Below are positions 58,181-64,000 of a stretch of DNA of 64,000 nt, piece by piece. The stretch spans positions 2,666,001-2,730,000 of the forward strand of contig SMSO01000034.1 in NCBI GenBank assembly GCA_004764695.1. Direction: 5' to 3'. The notes beneath the pieces are model-generated. The model made no database searches. It worked only from the letters and a program-made list of their open reading frames with translations, and was not told the DNA's origin. Made by a program: the position numbers and the translations under genes. Position 1 is the first letter of the stretch. Each line of letters opens with the position of its first letter. The DNA comes from Schizochytrium sp. TIO01. Taxonomy: Eukaryota; Protista; Bigyra: Labyrinthulomycetes.

Positions 58181-58596
58181 CTATTTAGCAATTTAGATAT
58201 AACATTATGTACTTTCTGTCTGATGTTCTGTCTGAAGACTTTTTTTAAAAGCCTCTTCTAGATCTCTCAGCGCCCCTTGCTAGTGGTCTAGGTAGGAGGC
58301 GCATAAGAGTGCAGCCCCTTCCTTTTTCCTGGCGATCGATGATGATGATGTTGCTTGATGATGTGTGGATGTAATACAATGCAATGCAATTAGTGCATCG
58401 TGTATGAATTATGAATTAATAAGTCTGATAAGTGAGTGAGTGAGTGAGTGAGTAAGTGCCTTTTGCAATGCATTGCAATTAATTGCAATTAATAAAGTAG
58501 AGGAGGGAGAAAGCTGAATAGGCAAAAGCAGAGAAAAGCAAGGCAGAGCAAACTCCTAATCAGAACAGCTCCTGTCTGCAGCAAGCAGCAAGCACC

Positions 58597-61125
58597 ATGA
58601 CGGACTCTACCCCCAAGAGCGAGCCCTGGGTGGTTTGCAAGTTTGGCGGCACCTCCGTGAGCTCCAAGAAGACCTGGGAGGTCATTGTCGATCGCGTCAA
58701 GAACCTCCGCAAGGAAGGCAAGAAGGTTTGCTTGGTGCTCTCCGCTGTCTCCCAGACTACGAACCACCTCGTGGCTCTTGCACAAGGTCTTGAGGCTGAA
58801 GCATTCACTGGAGGTACTCTCAGCCCTGCCGGCAAGTTTGGCAATGGCATGAAATTGCGCTCCATCGCGTCTAGCGCTGCTGTCGCTTCTCTCTCCGAAG
58901 GCGTGTCCGCCAAAGACGCTGTTGACAACGAACTCCGCTGGCTTCAAGAACGTCACCAACAGCACTGCGATGAGCTCGACGTTGACTACGCCTGCGTCAA
59001 GCCTTACCTTGATGAGCTTGAGCGCCTCGTAAACGGTATTCGTCTCACTGGCGAGGCCACCTCCTCTCGTCTTCGTGCTCGCATTCTTGGCTATGGTGAG
59101 CTCATGAGCACCATCATCGGAGTCGAGGTTGTCCGTCGTGCCATGGAGGAGCTTGGCGAGGCTGAGTACACCGACATTATTGATGCTCGCGATGTCCTCA
59201 TCACCACCGCTCGCGCCAGCAAGGCTGACGGCAACACTGTCGAGGACCCTGCCAACCGCTTCCTCAACGCCGATGTGACTCCATTCTGCCTTGACCTCGA
59301 CAACAGCAATGCTTCCGCATCCTCTGACGACCTTGAGCGTGAGAGCCGCAGCTCCTTTGCTTCGAGCAGCATGAACCGCCGTGCCATGCTCTTCATGGAC
59401 AAGCGCGTTGTCGTCACTCAGGGCTTTATTGCCAGCACTCCTGAGGGCCAACCCTGTGTTCTTGGCCGTGGAGGTAGTGATACCTCTGGTGCTCTCTTTG
59501 CTGCCGCCCTCGCTGCCGAGGTCCTTGAGATCTGGACTGACGTCGACGGCATGTTCTCCTCTGATCCTCGTCAGGTGCCTAACGCCAGCCTCATCGAGGA
59601 GCTCACTTACCGTGAGGCCCAGGAACTCGCTGCTATGGGTGCCAAGGTCCTCCACCCTCGCTGCCTCGGCCCTGCCTTCTGGGGCAAGATCCCTGTGGAG
59701 ATCCACAACACCATGAAGCCTGACTCTGCTCACCACACTCGCATCATGCTTCCTTCTCTGATCCCCCACAGCACTGAGAGCGCCGTTATGGCCATCACCA
59801 AGCGCACTGGCCAGGTGCTTCTCACTATCTCCACTGTGGACATGTGGGGAGAGGCTGGTTTCCTCAGCCGCGTCTTCGCTCCCTTCCAGCACCTCGGCAT
59901 TTCTGTCGATCTCATTGCCACTTCGCAGTACGCTGTCAGCATGACTCTTGAAGACATTCCTGGCGGCACCAACGGTCAGGCCTTCTCCAGCCTCATTCGC
60001 TCTCTCGAGCGCCAGGGTCACGTCGAGGTTGAGAAGAACTGCACTGTGGTTTCTATTGTCGGCCGCAAGCTTCGTACCCTGCTTCACGGCATGGCTGATG
60101 CCTTCAAGGAGCTCGAGCAGTACAAGCTGCTGCTTCTCAGTGAGTCCACCGAGGATCTCAACATGTCCTTCGTGCTCGGCCAGGACCCCAGCAACTCCAT
60201 TGATGACCTCGTGCTCAAGCTTCACTACGTTCTCCTTGAGCGTCCGGGCAACCTTTCTCCTCCAGGCCCTCGCGCTGTTTCTGCTGCTCAGCTCGGCCAG
60301 CTCCCCCCTGCCCGCTCCCTGAACGAGGCTAGTGACGTGACTGCCTCTCCTTCCCTGCGTCAGAAGACTCGTGCTGCATCCTTCTCCTCGAGCCAGTTCT
60401 GGCAGCTCCCTGCCCAGGCTGTTATGAGCTCTCGCTTCAATGAGCTCAGCCTCCACGATCCTGCGTCCTGGCTTGAGTCTGAGATTGCCAAGCACCAGTC
60501 CAACAAGCAGCCGTACTCGATCATCGACCTTGCCTCTGTGCGTCGTGTCGCTGGTTCCCTTATTGTGTACCCTCTCTCTTGGAGTGAACAGCCCGCTGTA
60601 CTCCGTAGCGTGTACGCTGAGAACCCTAACGTGACCTTCATGTGCCGCAGCGTCGACCAGGTCATGAACTTGTGCTCCATTGTTGGTACTGAAATCCAGG
60701 TCTACCTCAGCTCTGGTCTTGCCGACTCTGACTCCCTCCCCTCGGGCGTTGTCCGCGTGTCCCAGGCCCCCAGTGAGGAGTCTGTGGTCAAGGCCCAAGG
60801 CGCCCTCGGTGGTGCTCGTGTTGTGGTGGCTAACCTCCTCGACAACACATCTCCCATCGCGACTATCGACGTTTGGTTCAGCACCCGTGTTGGAGAGCAG
60901 CGTGTCCACGTTGTCTCCAGCTTGGCCAAGGAGATCAAGCGCATCCAGGCTGCCCAGGTTGACCAGGAGATCTTCGACCCCCTCCTTGTACTCAACGACG
61001 ACGAGTCTGCACCGGCTGCCGAAGCTATGCTTGAGATGCCGGGTCGTGTGGCCCTCGTTGGCGTTCCCTCTACCCCATTCAACACACAGACCAGGCAGCC
61101 ACTCCCGGAGTTTGTACGCTTCTAA
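58597..61125 (+). CDS. lysC: Aspartate kinase (kinase + 2 ACT domains) fused to a degenerate diaminopimelate-decarboxylase-like C-terminal domain
   Basis: WVVCKFGGTSVS, GELMST, VVVTQGFIA, LGRGGSDTSG, IWTDVDGMFSSDPR, ELAAMGAKVLHP. ACT repeats MWGEAGFLSRVF...ISVDLIATS and VSIVGRKLR...DLNMSFV. The C-terminal ~220 aa resemble a collapsed LysA. Confidence 0.93.
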   Translation: MTDSTPKSEPWVVCKFGGTSVSSKKTWEVIVDRVKNLRKEGKKVCLVLSAVSQTTNHLVALAQGLEAEAFTGGTLSPAGKFGNGMKLRSIASSAAVASLSEGVSAKDAVDNELRWLQERHQQHCDELDVDYACVKPYLDELERLVNGIRLTGEATSSRLRARILGYGELMSTIIGVEVVRRAMEELGEAEYTDIIDARDVLITTARASKADGNTVEDPANRFLNADVTPFCLDLDNSNASASSDDLERESRSSFASSSMNRRAMLFMDKRVVVTQGFIASTPEGQPCVLGRGGSDTSGALFAAALAAEVLEIWTDVDGMFSSDPRQVPNASLIEELTYREAQELAAMGAKVLHPRCLGPAFWGKIPVEIHNTMKPDSAHHTRIMLPSLIPHSTESAVMAITKRTGQVLLTISTVDMWGEAGFLSRVFAPFQHLGISVDLIATSQYAVSMTLEDIPGGTNGQAFSSLIRSLERQGHVEVEKNCTVVSIVGRKLRTLLHGMADAFKELEQYKLLLLSESTEDLNMSFVLGQDPSNSIDDLVLKLHYVLLERPGNLSPPGPRAVSAAQLGQLPPARSLNEASDVTASPSLRQKTRAASFSSSQFWQLPAQAVMSSRFNELSLHDPASWLESEIAKHQSNKQPYSIIDLASVRRVAGSLIVYPLSWSEQPAVLRSVYAENPNVTFMCRSVDQVMNLCSIVGTEIQVYLSSGLADSDSLPSGVVRVSQAPSEESVVKAQGALGGARVVVANLLDNTSPIATIDVWFSTRVGEQRVHVVSSLAKEIKRIQAAQVDQEIFDPLLVLNDDESAPAAEAMLEMPGRVALVGVPSTPFNTQTRQPLPEFVRF

Positions 61126-62523
61126 GGAGGATAACAAAGGCGTGAAGTGCGTGGTAAGGTGAAGAAGTTGGGATTTGGGCAAAAGAAAGTCATGTCTCCT
61201 AGCTGTCTTCTAAACCCATCTACTTTTACCTGATCAATTTATCATCCATCCTCTATGGCTAGAATGCTACGATTGCTGAAGTTCATCCCAATCTAATTTC
61301 GTAGCAAAATATAGCACAGATGAATCATGACATACCTCTGTATACGTTTGACACATTCCTCGTTTTGACACCACAACCATGATCGCTGCCCTTTTTTTAA
61401 ATGCAGTACGAGCGCAAATAATGAATAGTCCTGAACGCGGGTGGGGAGATCAATAAGATAACTTATACAAGTGAATTTGACCCGCAGACCGCTGTCTGCT
61501 ATACAATCTCGTGCAGCGCGAGCAGCGCTTTCCTGATTAGAACACTCTGAGACCTTAAATCAAACTATCCAAATGCGAATATGCTCTCTGGACCCTCTTT
61601 CTTTTTCTTATTTTCATCAAGGACGTGCACTTGCCTTTACAATATATGCATTGTTTTGATTCATTAAGAACAGACTCTAATACTTGAAGATGCGCTCTAT
61701 AAGTGATGAAAGGGGGAGATTGTCTTTTGAAGATACATCTTGAAAAATCCTTTTTCTATCTAGATTTACTTGAGTTATGTATGCCACAGGGCTCATACTC
61801 TGGCACTGCATCAAATGAATACATATCCCCGTATTCTCTAGTGCGTGCTTTTAATTCTTCGTGGTATTCATTTGCTTTTTGACTAACATAAGATTTAGTT
61901 CATACCAGCATATTAGGATAGCACACGTCACATACAAGAATCGATAGATTAGTTGAAGTTTATTTACTTACTTAAGTTTGTCCAATTGTATAGTATATAT
62001 CTTTAGTTTGTGTATGAGAAAAATTGAGAGGAGCCATAGTCCTAATATTGACCATCTGATTGGTTTTGATTGTTCTGGGCACAAAATGATGTCGACCATT
62101 TAAAATCATCTCCTGATAAAAATCAAATCTAAATAATTCCAGTATGCTTCTATCCTGGCGAGATCGTACTGGTCTTTTTGCAATTAAAAAATTGAAAAAT
62201 AAATCGGCCGTGAAGAGCAAAAGTAATATCACGAGGAAATGGTTGAATGAAGCGTTCATACAAAATCTCCAAAATGAAGAAATGTGAGTCTAGTATGTTC
62301 TTGTCACAATGAAAGAGACCAAGACACTGAAAAAGTGGAAAATCTAAGCATCTTTGCACTTTCAATTCTCTTCACGTTCTCACTTCTCTATGGCTACCAT
62401 ATCTACACGCAATCAGTGCAGAGAAATTCCAATACATGTTTCGGTTGAATGCTTCTTATTCATTCTTTCTCACCTTTTCTAATTTTTAACACCAGAAGCT
62501 CAACCTTTCTTGTGCTATACAGT

Positions 62524-64000
62524 CTAGGCTGATGACGAAGGGGACGAAGATGAGGAAGCAGCTGATTTTTTGTTCTGGCGGAGGATACTTTTGAAGCGGA
62601 TTTTAACGCTATTCTCAGTACGTCCTGGAAGATACTTTGAAATCACAGCCCAGCGATTTCCATGTTCCTTTTGCTTTTCAACGATGATCCTATCCTCCTC
62701 AGCTGTCCAGCCTCCCTTCTTAATGCTAGGATCGAGGTGGTTGGTGTAGCGCTCCCGACACTGTTTTGCGTTTCGCCCTTCGATCTCACGAGCCACATGG
62801 CCCCAGTTCTTCGGATTTTGAGCTGCCAACATTAGCAGTCGTTGATCTTCTTCTGCAGTCCAATGTCCCTTTACGACTTGAGGGTCAAGTGCCTTTTTCC
62901 AGCGTTGCAAGCATTGCACGTGGCTTCGACCTGGTACCTCTTCTGCAATGGCCTTCCAGTTCTTCTTTTGATGGCGCTCAACAGCCTTGCGTAGAAGCTC
63001 GTCTTCTGCATCAGTCCAGCGTCGAGGCGTTGCTGAAGGTTTTTCAGAGCGAACATATTCGCGTGTATTAACAGCGATATCTGGGCGCGGAAGGTCCTGT
63101 CCGAGATCGTTAGAATCGTCATCATCCTCATCCTCATCCTCATCCTCATCATCAACATTACTTTGCTGCATCTGCATCTGCATTTGCAACTGTTGCTGCT
63201 GCTGCTGCTGCTGAAGAGCTTTACTAGCAAGTAAAGCTTGTGCGCTAGTGACATTAGTGGAGGCTGAATTTGAAGAAGACGAGGAGGAAGACGAGGCTGA
63301 AGAGACCATTCGTGACGCTGACGGAACTGAGGACGACATCGAAGGGGGTTGCGCAGTTGCAAAGGAGCTCAGACCGAGACGCTGGGGGTCAAGAGTAAGT
63401 CCATTGAGGCCTGTAGATCCGGCGGCCCGAAGTTGTTGTTGTAAAGAGTTTAGGAGATTAGTGTCGTTCCATGCATTAGAGTTTGAGATACCTTGGCTTC
63501 CAAGATCACGGGTGAGGTCCTCCATGCGAGTTCGGTTTGTATCGCGGAAAGAGGTAAACTTTTGCATACTCTCAGGCCGCGAGCGTTTAGATCCCATATC
63601 TCCTCCACCAGCTCGGCTCGCAGATGCAGCACCGAAGTGAATGCTGCCCAAACCGCTCAAGGAGTTCAAATTGCTGCTGTTACTGGCAGAAGAACTGCTT
63701 CCGCCTGTACTAACCCCGTTCAGTTTTGTGTTATTCATCTGCCGAGATTGTGCCGCAGGTGGAATCGGCGGAACTGGGAACGGCGTATTGACATTACCAG
63801 AGTTGTTGATACCATTAGTATTGGAACCTGCGCCATTGCTGCTGCTTGAGATGCCCACACTACCACTTTCCACTGAAGAAATTGAAGGCGGAGCTTTGAG
63901 TCCGCCAGCATTAAGGTGAGAATTGTTAAGGCGAGACTGAGTTTCATGAAGTTGAGCTTGTTGTTGGCTGATGATCTTTTGGAGAGCTGCAAGTGTTTCT
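62524..64000 (-). CDS. R1R2R3 (3R) MYB transcription factor, 5'-truncated by the window edge
   Basis: Three Myb repeats (RRWTDAEDELL..., KGHWTAEEDQRL..., KGGWTAEEDRII...) preceded by Ser/Asn-rich, poly-Q and acidic tracts. The frame stays open upstream of 63873 to the window end (ETLAALQKIISQQQ...). Confidence 0.93.
   Translation of the reverse strand, partial: ETLAALQKIISQQQAQLHETQSRLNNSHLNAGGLKAPPSISSVESGSVGISSSSNGAGSNTNGINNSGNVNTPFPVPPIPPAAQSRQMNNTKLNGVSTGGSSSSASNSSNLNSLSGLGSIHFGAASASRAGGGDMGSKRSRPESMQKFTSFRDTNRTRMEDLTRDLGSQGISNSNAWNDTNLLNSLQQQLRAAGSTGLNGLTLDPQRLGLSSFATAQPPSMSSSVPSASRMVSSASSSSSSSSNSASTNVTSAQALLASKALQQQQQQQQLQMQMQMQQSNVDDEDEDEDEDDDDSNDLGQDLPRPDIAVNTREYVRSEKPSATPRRWTDAEDELLRKAVERHQKKNWKAIAEEVPGRSHVQCLQRWKKALDPQVVKGHWTAEEDQRLLMLAAQNPKNWGHVAREIEGRNAKQCRERYTNHLDPSIKKGGWTAEEDRIIVEKQKEHGNRWAVISKYLPGRTENSVKIRFKSILRQNKKSAASSSSSPSSSA

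Noticed and set aside
58489-61182. 897-aa antisense ORF over the aspartokinase
   Set aside because: Same shadow effect from strong codon bias; non-ATG start and no domain signal.

Overview
Eukaryotic, intron-poor genomic DNA with microsatellite-rich intergenic stretches. Gene content and style (mostly single-exon CDS, a Tctex-1 dynein light chain, a fused aspartokinase/DAP-decarboxylase-type gene) suggest a stramenopile, most likely a thraustochytrid (inference only). About 15 protein genes are supported: an ARMT1/DUF89 phosphatase, LEU1 isopropylmalate dehydratase, a spliced Tctex-1 light chain, a BAG-like protein, proteasome alpha-2, a PH-RGS-F-BAR protein, a GH31 glycosidase, a peroxisomal FATP-type acyl-CoA synthetase, MAD1, two tandem bZIP paralogs, a secreted DUF5602-like protein, a DUF1295 membrane protein, an aspartokinase fusion, and a 5'-truncated 3R-MYB. 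The most notable observations are three. (1) The C-terminal DAP-decarboxylase moiety of the aspartokinase lacks the PLP lysine and most of its barrel but is kept in frame. (2) LEU1 has an N-terminal mitochondrial presequence plus a second, internal presequence/MPP-like site exactly between the LeuC and LeuD halves, suggesting a polyprotein. (3) One protein combines PH, RGS and F-BAR domains. No rRNA, convincing tRNA, CRISPR array or intact transposon was recognised. All family assignments come from motif recognition by eye, not database searches.
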